Shown: positions 1-9,373 of the stretch, in pieces | Layout of the letters: every line of letters starts with the position of its first letter | Position numbering within the stretch: position 1 is the first letter of the stretch | From: Diplonema japonicum | Taxonomy: Eukaryota; Protista; Euglenozoa: Diplonemea | NCBI GenBank assembly: GCA_964019335.1 | Contig: OZ025717.1 | Coordinates: 248,001 to 312,000, forward strand | DNA: 64,000 bases | Direction of reading: 5' to 3' | Made by a program: the position numbers and the translations under genes | Notes under the pieces: model-generated | Seen by the model: the letters and a program-made list of their open reading frames with translations, nothing else | What the model was told of the DNA's origin: nothing | Databases searched by the model: none

Positions 1-824
1 AGGTCCCAAGGCCCCGTCCCCGTCTTGAAGGTGTCGGCGTGCCACATCTCCTCGTAGTCGACGTCCACCCCTGCGCACCCCAGGTCCTTCGCCAGGTGCA
101 CGAGGTCCTCGTAAGGGTTCCTCCCTGCCGACAGGTACGCCGTCATCCCCGGAACCAGGGTCGAGATCCCTGTCTTCGGGTCCGTCCACTGCTGCCCGGG
201 GATCATGTTCTCGTTCCACTGGGGTGTCGCCGCCCCGTTCGCTCCCGCCTCCACGTACTCCTTCGCAGCCTTCCAAGAAGCAGAGTGCGAGGGCTCAGGG
301 AAGATGGAGAAGGACTTGTCGAGAGAGGTGTGCTGCGAGGGAGGCTCGCACACGTAGCAGTACTGGTTCCCCTTCGTGCAGCCGCTCAAGCTGCCCCCTC
401 CGAACTCTTGGATCTTCCAGTAGTTCGGGGTGCTCGTCCCGTAGCCTCCGACCGAGTAGCGCATGTACAGGTAAGGGTAGCAGTTGTAGTTCCACCCTCC
501 CATCGACAGGAAGGTCTCCACCCCGCCCGCCTCCAGCTGCTTCACGTACTGCTCCACCTCCGCGAACCCACCGTCCGCCGCCGCCGTCAGGTTCAGCCCC
601 GTCCCGACAAGGGTCCGCGACCCGTTCACGTACAGCATCGTCGGCGACACGAACGACAGCCACATCCTGTTCACAGGGAGGCTCCCAGCCTTGCTCGCAA
701 GCACCTTCAGCTGCTGCACGTCCTGCACAAGGAGGTACCCGCCCACGTAGTTCTTCCCAGCTCCTTCCGTCCCCGTTGCGAGAAGCAGGGCTGCTGCCAG
801 TGAACTCAATAACAAGCCTGACAT
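1..824 (-). CDS. GH18 chitinase-like secreted glycoside hydrolase, copy 1 (3' end runs off window)
   Basis: Matches 7377-8200 with no differences seen (offset 7376). ATG at 824, signal peptide, LSMGGW and DVDYE (DxDxE) motifs. Confidence 0.85.
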   Translation of the reverse strand, partial: MSGLLLSSLAAALLLATGTEGAGKNYVGGYLLVQDVQQLKVLASKAGSLPVNRMWLSFVSPTMLYVNGSRTLVGTGLNLTAAADGGFAEVEQYVKQLEAGGVETFLSMGGWNYNCYPYLYMRYSVGGYGTSTPNYWKIQEFGGGSLSGCTKGNQYCYVCEPPSQHTSLDKSFSIFPEPSHSASWKAAKEYVEAGANGAATPQWNENMIPGQQWTDPKTGISTLVPGMTAYLSAGRNPYEDLVHLAKDLGCAGVDVDYEEMWHADTFKTGTGPWD

Positions 825-1381
825 GTTTCTTTGTGCAAAAAAAGAGGGTTTTCTTTTTGTGTTTCCTTATGTTTTGTTTTGGCAGGGGGGGGGGGGGGGG
901 GGTTTGCAAGCGGAAAAAAAGAAAAACAATAAAACAAAACGAGGAGAGGAATCAAAAAAAAAAATAGTTTTTTTTAAGCACGTGTCGTAATCCTTCTGGA
1001 GTCCAGTGAATTAAAAAATAAATATAAATATAAAAGGTATAAGTATAAGAGGTTACGTCAAGGTGACGAAGATACGATCACCACAATCGGCACCAAGCCA
1101 TGGCGACTAGCCAAACGACACATTGGAGCGAGCAGGGTGATGTGGGGTCTTTTGCTTTTGCCGGAAGCCAAATGCGATCTATATAGCTGGTGACAGCCGG
1201 TCTCTCTGTTGAGGTCTTCTTGCTGCCCCATAATGGTAATGGGTTAGAGTCGTAGGAGATAGGTGTGGCTGGGAACAAAATACTGTACAAGGAAAGGTTC
1301 CAAAGTAAGATTTGCTCTGTTGAGTTGTACGGGAAAACATCACAATTAAGATTGAGGAATAGTGAGTGAAGAGACGCAGAA

Positions 1382-1420
<39 letters not shown>

Positions 1421-1563
1421 ATAAAAAAAAATTTCTTTTCTGTCATTTCTTTTCCATTTTTATTATTGTTCAGTCACCCGGAATAAAATGAGTTTGCTGC
1501 CTTTTGGATAACATCCACGGGCTACTCAACTTTATTCAAAACATTTGCGGGGAGTTGGTGGGG

Positions 1564-1595
<32 letters not shown>

Positions 1596-2290
1596 AATTC
1601 TTTTAAAACAACAAGTCTTCGTAGTTTTCTTCTTTTTTTTTTCCTCCTTTTTTTTTTTGCTCGGCACACAGTTGTATTTCGTAAGAGAATCATTTTTTTT
1701 TTGTATTGATAAAAAATATTTTTGTAAGGGGGAGGGGAAAAGAGTTCTGTATGCTAACCAAAGAGCAATTTTCTTTTTTTTTTTTTTTTTTTCCCTGTGC
1801 GTTTACAAAATACTGTAAAAAAAGGGAAAAAAAAAAATCACCGGAAGGAAAAATGCCCGGAAGCGGATGATTTTCCTTTCCGGACATTTTTTCCTTTGGT
1901 CTTCAGTGGCCCTGTAAACTTTTCATTGTTGTATTGGCAAGAAAACCAAGACGCACGAGGATCCAAGGTGGTACCCCCAGCCCATGGCACACCCGACCTA
2001 ACGAGTCCATCCTCCTCATCAGTTGATGACAAGGTCCACAGCACGGCGGCTTTGGTTCTGTCTACCCTTTTTGTTTTGCTCCTTTTATCCACGAGTTTTT
2101 TTAACAAATCGTTCTTTTTCTTCTTTTTTTCCGTGCGCCTTTCTCAACTGTATTCGTGTCGTTAGAAGAAAAGGCAATTGTTTTTTTTAGGGGGGGGTAC
2201 ATTCTTCTTATTTTCCTTTTAAAAAAGAAGTTTTTTTTTTATTTGAAATTAGAAAGAGAAACAAAAGAGGGAAGGGGGGGGGGGGGGGGA

Positions 2291-2330
2291 AGAGACAATT
2301 AAGGGTACCTGCGGTGTGTGGCAGGACGCC
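2291..2330. repeat. Dispersed 40-bp hairpin motif (AGAGACAWTTAAGGGTACCTGCGGTRTGTGGCAGGACGCC)
   Basis: 38/40 identical to 12970-13009; diverged copy at 19710-19748; CCTGC/GCAGG stem. Confidence 0.8.
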
Positions 2331-3056
2331 TGAGAATAAAAAAAAACAAAATACTCAAGGACAGAGGAACGACGGCGGTCTCTCTTTGATGCACCCTTGC
2401 TGGAGGCTCGGGTCTCTCGTGAGGCACAGACCGTTCTCCTTGCAAAGCCAAAAGATAAAAAGAGAAAAAAAAAAGGGGGGACGCGATCCTTTATTTTCGG
2501 GGTATTTTAGAACCACCGGGCAACAGACGCGAGGTTGATTGGCAGAAAAAAAAAAAACAAAAACAAAAAGACGTTTGGCCGTTATGGAGGGAAGGGAGAA
2601 GATAAATATATATATATATGTGTTCTTTCCCTTTCCCTTTTCTTTTTTTTTCTTTTCTATAAATATGGCTGCGTTTCTTTTTTTTTTTTTCCAAAAATCT
2701 TTTAAACCGTTTGGCAGAAAATCTCTATTTTTTTTTTTTTTTTGTATTGTCAAAAGCTGTCTGCCAACACCATGTGGTTAAGACCTCTGAGCTTGTTAAA
2801 AAAAAAAAAAAAACGCGACCATATCATCGTTACGATTTTTGGAGTCTGCACTGAAAGCACAAAGAATTGGAGTTAGTAGAAATTCGGTATAGAAAACAAA
2901 GAGAGGAAGATTGCCGGTTTTGTTTCTGTTTTTTTTTTTTCTTCTTCTTCTTCTTTTTTTTTCTCTCTCGGAAAATAAATTCGACGAAGAAAAAAAAAAG
3001 GGGTAAAAAAAAAAAAAAAAAAACAGGAACAAAAACGAAAGACAAGAGACGACCCA

Positions 3057-4688
3057 TCACACAGTGTCGTTGCAACGCATGAGCTTCATGAGGGACATCA
3101 TGCCGTTGTCTTCGTGTTGCAGAAGGTGGCAGTGCAGGACGGCCTCACCCTCGTACCTTACAGGCTTCATCCTGACCATCACACCGACGCCAGCCCAGGA
3201 GGGGACAACATCACGCCACTCCCCGTCCCTCATGACGGCCCCTGTGTTGTCGGCCCCGTCAATCACTTGGAAGTGGTTGATGTGCTGGTGGTACGGGTGA
3301 TAACCTTGAGAGGAGAGGACAGGGCCGTCGGGGTTGTGCCTTGAGGTCCCCGCGCCGCCGAGCTTGTATTGGTACACCTTATCCAAACAGAACACCTCCA
3401 CGTGCCTGTTCTCCCCCTGGTGGTTCCACCCTTGCCACGGAACACCATTCACAGTTAGCCCCGCTCGCCCTCCTGCCAGTATGATTTGGTCCACACCCGT
3501 CTCGCCCCCCAGCTGGACATCCTCCTCCTCCATCAACGACGTGAGGTAGCTTGGGAACGACACCTCGGAGGTCGGGACAGGGGTGTTTCGGGTCCCCTTT
3601 TTAACCGTGAACTGCAGGATGGTCTCTTGGGAGAAGGTGGACCTTGCATTGGGGGTCACTGCCGGGTTAGGGTTCGCACGGAGGTTGAAGGTCATCTCGT
3701 CGACGTTGTCAGGGAGGGAGCACGTCACAGCCACGTCAGCACGGGTGCCCTGCACCAAGACAATTGTCGACAGCTGGAGGTACGGTGTTTGTTGGAAGAC
3801 GCCGTCCCTCGCGAGCAGCGTCATGTTGCACAGCCCCAGGTCATCGTCGATCTCGAGACACAAGTGATGGCTGTCCCCTGCGTGCACCATGCGCAGGAGT
3901 GTTGCATCATCCTGCACCAGTCCGATCTCCGGCGACAGCACACCGTTGACGGTGTAGAAGTTCCCCGTCCCATCGTTCGGGAGGGACTGCTCGTCCTCCC
4001 ACTGCAGGTTGAGAGGCACCGTCACAGGGTCGTACTGGTCCACCAGGCTGGTGTGCGTAAAGAAGCCGTTCACACTGCCGTTCCCAAGGGCAAGGTAGTT
4101 CAGCATCAGAGGCGGGACACTTGGCCTGAGGTAAAGGGCTGCCAGGTCATTCGGGAGGTCAAAGGACGAGTCGGGGTCCATCAGAAGGATCCCAGCGAGG
4201 CCGCCAAGTGCCTGCAGGGCGGTGCTGCCGTGGTGGTGTGCATGGTACCAGTGTGTCCCCATGAGGTGGTACTCGGGGACCGTGTACGAGTAGGTGTGCT
4301 CCTCTCCAGGTTCGATGTGCGTGTCAATGTTGTCATCGTTAGGAGAGATGTGCAGCCCGTGTGTGTGCAGGGAGGTGACGTCGGGGCAGTGGAATCCATT
4401 CCCGCTCTCAGTGCAGTGTCCCCCACCAAGCCTGTTTACCACCCTCAGGTTGCACAGCTCCCCTGCTTGCATCCTGATTGTAGCACTTGGGAAGGTCACC
4501 TTTCCATCCACCCGGTACACACGTGAGGTAAACCCCACCACCCCTGCCACAGAAACATCCCCGGCCTCCACTTCTATCAACACCTCCCTCCCTCCTTTGC
4601 AGCTCACTTCCCTCACCCACGGTACGGGGACGCTTTCGCACGCTGCGCCCAGCAGAAGCAGCAGTAGGGTGGTGGTGCACATTTTCAT
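3057..4688 (-). CDS. Secreted multicopper oxidase (laccase/CueO-like, 3 cupredoxin domains)
   Basis: All four Cu motifs: HTHG, WYHAH, HPYHQHINHF, HCHLLQHEDNGMM; hydrophobic N-terminal signal. Start could be 4688 or 4682. Confidence 0.92.
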   Translation of the reverse strand: MKMCTTTLLLLLLGAACESVPVPWVREVSCKGGREVLIEVEAGDVSVAGVVGFTSRVYRVDGKVTFPSATIRMQAGELCNLRVVNRLGGGHCTESGNGFHCPDVTSLHTHGLHISPNDDNIDTHIEPGEEHTYSYTVPEYHLMGTHWYHAHHHGSTALQALGGLAGILLMDPDSSFDLPNDLAALYLRPSVPPLMLNYLALGNGSVNGFFTHTSLVDQYDPVTVPLNLQWEDEQSLPNDGTGNFYTVNGVLSPEIGLVQDDATLLRMVHAGDSHHLCLEIDDDLGLCNMTLLARDGVFQQTPYLQLSTIVLVQGTRADVAVTCSLPDNVDEMTFNLRANPNPAVTPNARSTFSQETILQFTVKKGTRNTPVPTSEVSFPSYLTSLMEEEDVQLGGETGVDQIILAGGRAGLTVNGVPWQGWNHQGENRHVEVFCLDKVYQYKLGGAGTSRHNPDGPVLSSQGYHPYHQHINHFQVIDGADNTGAVMRDGEWRDVVPSWAGVGVMVRMKPVRYEGEAVLHCHLLQHEDNGMMSLMKLMRCNDTV

Positions 4689-5125
4689 TTGTTGTACTGT
4701 AACCTTTTATTTTTTTAAATAGGGTTTTTATCCTTTCTTCTTCTTGTGGGACAGAAAAAAAGCAGGTCTCGCCATCATCGGTGACCGATCAGTGCACAGT
4801 GGGCTCAGTCAGGCTAAGGCATGATGTGGCTCGAGAAATGCTACGGAAGCAAGTAAGTTTGCTTTTTTTTTAAGTTTAGTTTCATTCTAAAAATGTATGA
4901 CACATGGTTGTCCCATGCCACGTAAGAGCCTTTTAAGCCATCGAGGCAGGGATAGAATATATGTACCGCAGCAAAGGGAAAGGGGGTTTGACTCCCCCAC
5001 CCCTCTGTTGACTTGCTTTACGAGCCGATCAGCGGGGAGCTGTGCACCACGGTGACAAAGGGTGCCTCCCATCCAAAGATTCGGTCGAGGGTTTTAAAAA
5101 AAGTTTTCGATTTGTCTTCGTTTAT

Positions 5126-5190
5126 TAAATGTGATCAAGGAGGCTTCACACGCAAATTGCCAAATTATAAAAGTGTTGTCATCATTTGTC
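5126..5190 (-). pseudogene. Truncated copy of the double-guide C/D snoRNA
   Basis: Keeps box C (ATGATGA, 5185-5179), the 18S guide and D'; has an internal deletion and lacks the D guide and box D. Confidence 0.55.
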
Positions 5191-5415
5191 TGTTGACCCA
5201 TCAGTCCATTCCCTCGAAGTGTCCCCTGCAAGCACAGCACCTCTGCGACAAGGGCGTGACGAGGGACTGCACAGGCAGCACTCTCCCGCCAAAGTAACTC
5301 GTCGTGTCCTTCAGTACCTTCACATCTTCCCAACGAATCCTAATGGTGTGTGCTACAGGGAAGCACCCCATGGTCCTGTTGGGTGGCAGAGTACGTTCTT
5401 CACTTGCTCACAAAG

Positions 5416-5517
5416 GATATCAGTCTCGTCTTCTAATAAAAATAATGTGATCAGGAGGCCTGTTGAGGGACTTCACACGCAAATTGCCAAATTATAAAAG
5501 TGTCGTCATCATCTGTC
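5416..5517 (-). ncRNA. Box C/D snoRNA, double guide (18S Am436-equivalent and LSU Gm2288-equivalent)
   Basis: Minus strand: box C ATGATGA (5512-5506), guide GGCAATTTGCGT, D' GTGA (5476-5473), C' TGATCA (5453-5448), guide ATTAGAAGACGAGA, box D CTGA (5423-5420). The +5 rule lands on conserved methylation sites for both guides. Confidence 0.82.
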
Positions 5518-5560
5518 TTGACCGAGCAAAAAGTTGTATTGTTTTCTCGCAAAGAGGATA

Positions 5561-5660
5561 GCCTCAGGAAAGTACCAATCAACTCTGATGAGAAACCAAG
5601 CAGTGCTTTATTTCCCTTCTTCTTGTGGGACAGAAAAAAGCAGGTCTCGCCATCATCGGC
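5561..5660 (-). ncRNA. Candidate box C/D snoRNA (LSU AGCAGGUCUC guide)
   Basis: gcc-g-ATGATGG (5656-5650) to CTGA-ggc (5567-5564) with a 3-bp terminal stem. GAGACCTGCT is complementary to conserved LSU AGCAGGUCUC. The 5' half is repeated near 4740-4780. Confidence 0.5.
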
Positions 5661-6017
5661 GACCAATCACAGTACTGCACAGTGGGCTCAGTCAGGCTAC
5701 GGAAGCAAGTAAGTTTGCTTTTTTTTTAAGTTTAGTTTCATTCTAAAAATGTATGACACATGGTTGTCCCATGCCACGTAAGAGCCTTTTAAGCATCGAG
5801 GCAGGGATAGAATATATGTACCGCAGCAAAGGGAAAGGGGGTTTGACTCCCCCACCCCTCTGTTGACTTGCTTTACGAGCCGATCAGCGGGGAGCTGTGC
5901 ACCACGGTGACAAAGGGTGCCTCCCATCCAAAGATTCGGTCGAGGGTTAGAGATAGAGATTTGATTTGTAATTTTTGTTTATTGATGGCTGTCTCTTCCC
6001 CCTTTTATTGCACAAAG

Positions 6018-6119
6018 GATATCAGTCTCGTCTTCTAAGAAAATAAATGTGATCAGGAGGCCTGTTGAGGGACTTCACACGCAAATTGCCAAATTATAAA
6101 AGTGTTGTCATCACTTGTC
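6018..6119 (-). ncRNA. Box C/D snoRNA, second full copy of the double guide
   Basis: Box C GTGATGA (6114-6108), same D' guide, D guide TTAGAAGACGAGA, box D CTGA (6025-6022). Confidence 0.8.
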
Positions 6120-6772
6120 TTGACCAGGAATGCAATGGGAAACTGGTGCATAGAAAAATACATTTTTCCGTCCGGGAGTTTTTCGTTTTACAGTAAATAA
6201 ATAAAATCAAAAAAAGAAAACAAAAGTAGAAAAGGAATACGATGTTTACGTGAAGACAGCCTCACGAAAGGAAAAGATGCAAACAAGAAGAGGAACAACA
6301 ACAAAACAGTGACTCGTGTCGCTGTTGGTGTTTTTGCAGTTCCTTCTTTGCTTGTACCCATGAGAGAGGAAGGAAAAAGTAAAAAAGGGACATTGTAACA
6401 TTGTTAACCACTTGAATTTTGAGAAGCACTGGGAGTGGGGAAAGGGTTGAAAGTAGAGAAATAAAGCACACAAAAGGAGACAAAAAAAAAGGGGGGGCCC
6501 TTTTGATGAACTGCCAGGTAAATGGACGGCCAACGCTGTTTGCGTTGTGTGGGAAGAGATGGCAGCAGGAATGAAGCAGTGGGGAAGGGAGGGAGATTGG
6601 GTGGACACGAGACATTTTTACCACAAAAAAGAAGAAGAAAAACTCACACTGCTGTGGGGAAGATATACAAACACCCACCAAACGGGAAAGGGAAAAAAAA
6701 AAAAAAAAAAGAAAGAAAGGAGGAAAAGAATAAAACTATATATCTATTTCCCACATCTTATTCACACTCTCT

Positions 6773-8200
6773 CTACTTCCAAGGAGGGATGACACCACTG
6801 CACCTGGAGCTCCCCGGGAGGAGCTTCTTGCAGAGGGCTTGGGCAAGCTGGGTCGGGGTCGCCTGTCCCGCCTCAGCAGGCTTGTACATCTCCCAGAAGA
6901 ACCCTCCCGCGTGGGAGGACTGGGTCTGAGAGATGATGCTGTCCATCATCTGGGTGGTGAGGGGAAGCTGGTGGGTGGGGTCGTGCTTGGGGTCCGGGTA
7001 GGCGGGGGTCCCGATCTCGTAGCCGACAGAGGCGGCGATGGGAACCTCCTTGTAGGTGTTCATGTAGAAGGCCACCTGCTGGTCCAGCTGGCACACCCCG
7101 GGCTGCGGGCACTCGTGGTACTGCTCGTTCGAGCTCAGGTCGTAGGTCATCACGTTCACCCCTCCAGAGCTGGGGCCTCCCGCCATGAAGCTCACCAGGT
7201 CAGGGTAGGCTTGGTTCACCTTCAACCACAACCCCTTCAGGTTCCCTCCCCACCAGCTCCCTCCCCACGCCCCCACAGCTCCCGCCGCAGTCGACAGCTT
7301 CATCTTCGGCGCCACCTTCCTCATCGTCCCCTCCACGTTCTTCAGGATAGCCGCGTACTTGTACACGGTCTGCTGCAGGTCCCAAGGCCCCGTCCCCGTC
7401 TTGAAGGTGTCGGCGTGCCACATCTCCTCGTAGTCGACGTCCACCCCTGCGCACCCCAGGTCCTTCGCCAGGTGCACGAGGTCCTCGTAAGGGTTCCTCC
7501 CTGCCGACAGGTACGCCGTCATCCCCGGAACCAGGGTCGAGATCCCTGTCTTCGGGTCCGTCCACTGCTGCCCGGGGATCATGTTCTCGTTCCACTGGGG
7601 TGTCGCCGCCCCGTTCGCTCCCGCCTCCACGTACTCCTTCGCAGCCTTCCAAGAAGCAGAGTGCGAGGGCTCAGGGAAGATGGAGAAGGACTTGTCGAGA
7701 GAGGTGTGCTGCGAGGGAGGCTCGCACACGTAGCAGTACTGGTTCCCCTTCGTGCAGCCGCTCAAGCTGCCCCCTCCGAACTCTTGGATCTTCCAGTAGT
7801 TCGGGGTGCTCGTCCCGTAGCCTCCGACCGAGTAGCGCATGTACAGGTAAGGGTAGCAGTTGTAGTTCCACCCTCCCATCGACAGGAAGGTCTCCACCCC
7901 GCCCGCCTCCAGCTGCTTCACGTACTGCTCCACCTCCGCGAACCCACCGTCCGCCGCCGCCGTCAGGTTCAGCCCCGTCCCGACAAGGGTCCGCGACCCG
8001 TTCACGTACAGCATCGTCGGCGACACGAACGACAGCCACATCCTGTTCACAGGGAGGCTCCCAGCCTTGCTCGCAAGCACCTTCAGCTGCTGCACGTCCT
8101 GCACAAGGAGGTACCCGCCCACGTAGTTCTTCCCAGCTCCTTCCGTCCCCGTTGCGAGAAGCAGGGCTGCTGCCAGTGAACTCAATAACAAGCCTGACAT
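6773..8200 (-). CDS. GH18 chitinase-like secreted glycoside hydrolase, copy 2 (475 aa)
   Basis: Signal peptide; FLSMGGW; catalytic GVDVDYEE; NVMTYD; GGFFWE at the last strand of the TIM barrel. Confidence 0.88.
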   Translation of the reverse strand: MSGLLLSSLAAALLLATGTEGAGKNYVGGYLLVQDVQQLKVLASKAGSLPVNRMWLSFVSPTMLYVNGSRTLVGTGLNLTAAADGGFAEVEQYVKQLEAGGVETFLSMGGWNYNCYPYLYMRYSVGGYGTSTPNYWKIQEFGGGSLSGCTKGNQYCYVCEPPSQHTSLDKSFSIFPEPSHSASWKAAKEYVEAGANGAATPQWNENMIPGQQWTDPKTGISTLVPGMTAYLSAGRNPYEDLVHLAKDLGCAGVDVDYEEMWHADTFKTGTGPWDLQQTVYKYAAILKNVEGTMRKVAPKMKLSTAAGAVGAWGGSWWGGNLKGLWLKVNQAYPDLVSFMAGGPSSGGVNVMTYDLSSNEQYHECPQPGVCQLDQQVAFYMNTYKEVPIAASVGYEIGTPAYPDPKHDPTHQLPLTTQMMDSIISQTQSSHAGGFFWEMYKPAEAGQATPTQLAQALCKKLLPGSSRCSGVIPPWK

Positions 8201-8544
8201 GTTTCTTTGTGCAAAAAAAGAGGGTTTTCTTTTTGTGTTTCCTTATGTTTTGTTTTGGCAGTGTGTGCGCGTTATTGAGACAGAACAGGAGCATAAAAAG
8301 AAATTTGTTAGAGAAAAAAAAAGGGGGGGATATCCACCAAGTTTCTTAATGACCGATGTAGGAGGTGACTCTTAATTAAAAAAATAATTATGAAAAGCCC
8401 ACATGAAATACAGCAGTAGTTAGGATGGGGCGGATAGAGGTGGGGGGGGGGGGGGGACGAATTAAGGAATGCAAATCCTTAATTTCTTCTTTTTTTTTTT
8501 GCATTTTCTTCTTTTTCTTTCTTTCTTCATTTGGTATGATTCCC

Positions 8545-8577
<33 letters not shown>

Positions 8578-9373
8578 GCAAGAAAATTTTATTTTGTTTT
8601 TTTTGTGAACTGTTTTCCTTAGGGAAATATGTGGTAAGAGTAGAAAATCGAGGAAGGAAAAAATAAAGATCCTAGAGGTAAGCCGTCAGTATGACAGAGC
8701 ATAATTTTGCTGGCAGGGGCTTGAAGCCATTTGCACTTTTCAGACCTATCGGTCCCGTCAGCGGCCTGCTGTGGCGGTGTCTGGCGAGAAACATGGCTTT
8801 AAAGTAAAAAGCACCGGGGCTGTCAAGGGGCCAGGCAACCAACCTGCCTAATAAGGCTCACTGTGTCGGGTCTTTTGAGGCAGGAGAACTGACACAAGCG
8901 GCCCCAGACCAGGGCAAACCAAAAGGCCCAGGTTTACTGATTCCCACGTAAGGGGTGTCTGCAGAACGTGTGCTACCGTGCGAAAATGGCATTGCCACCC
9001 CACCCACCTGTGGCAACACAGCTCCCCCCCCATCCTTCTCACAAAAAGAGAAAAAAAAATTGAATGTAACAGCATTTTTCTTCTTTTTTTTTTTCTTTCT
9101 TTCTTTTTTTGCTTTATAAAGTTGGTTTAGTACTTTTCTCTCTGTCTCTCTCCCCCCCCCCCCCCCTCGTGTTTCGCAAAGACAGGGGGGGGGGGGGGGG
9201 ATAGAAAAAGACAGATAGGTACCAGCTTGTCAAGGGGAAAATGGGAATGTTCATGAATTAAACCACAAACCCTGCAAAATAATTGGAAAGGAGGCGGGAA
9301 GAGAGGAGATGGGGGAGTTAATCCTTAAAAAAAAGAGAAGAAAAAAAAAAAGAAATGAAATGAAAAATAAATA

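Larger units (their letters stand above)
4733..6125. repeat. Tandemly duplicated non-coding block (snoRNA cluster)
   Basis: About 4733-5093 recurs at about 5614-5948; about 5409-5523 recurs at about 6011-6125, with a partial copy at 5126-5198. Confidence 0.9.

Noticed and set aside
5585-5595. CTGATGA-GAAA hammerhead ribozyme core
   Set aside because: No stem II between CUGAUGA and GAAA, and no flanking stems I/III.
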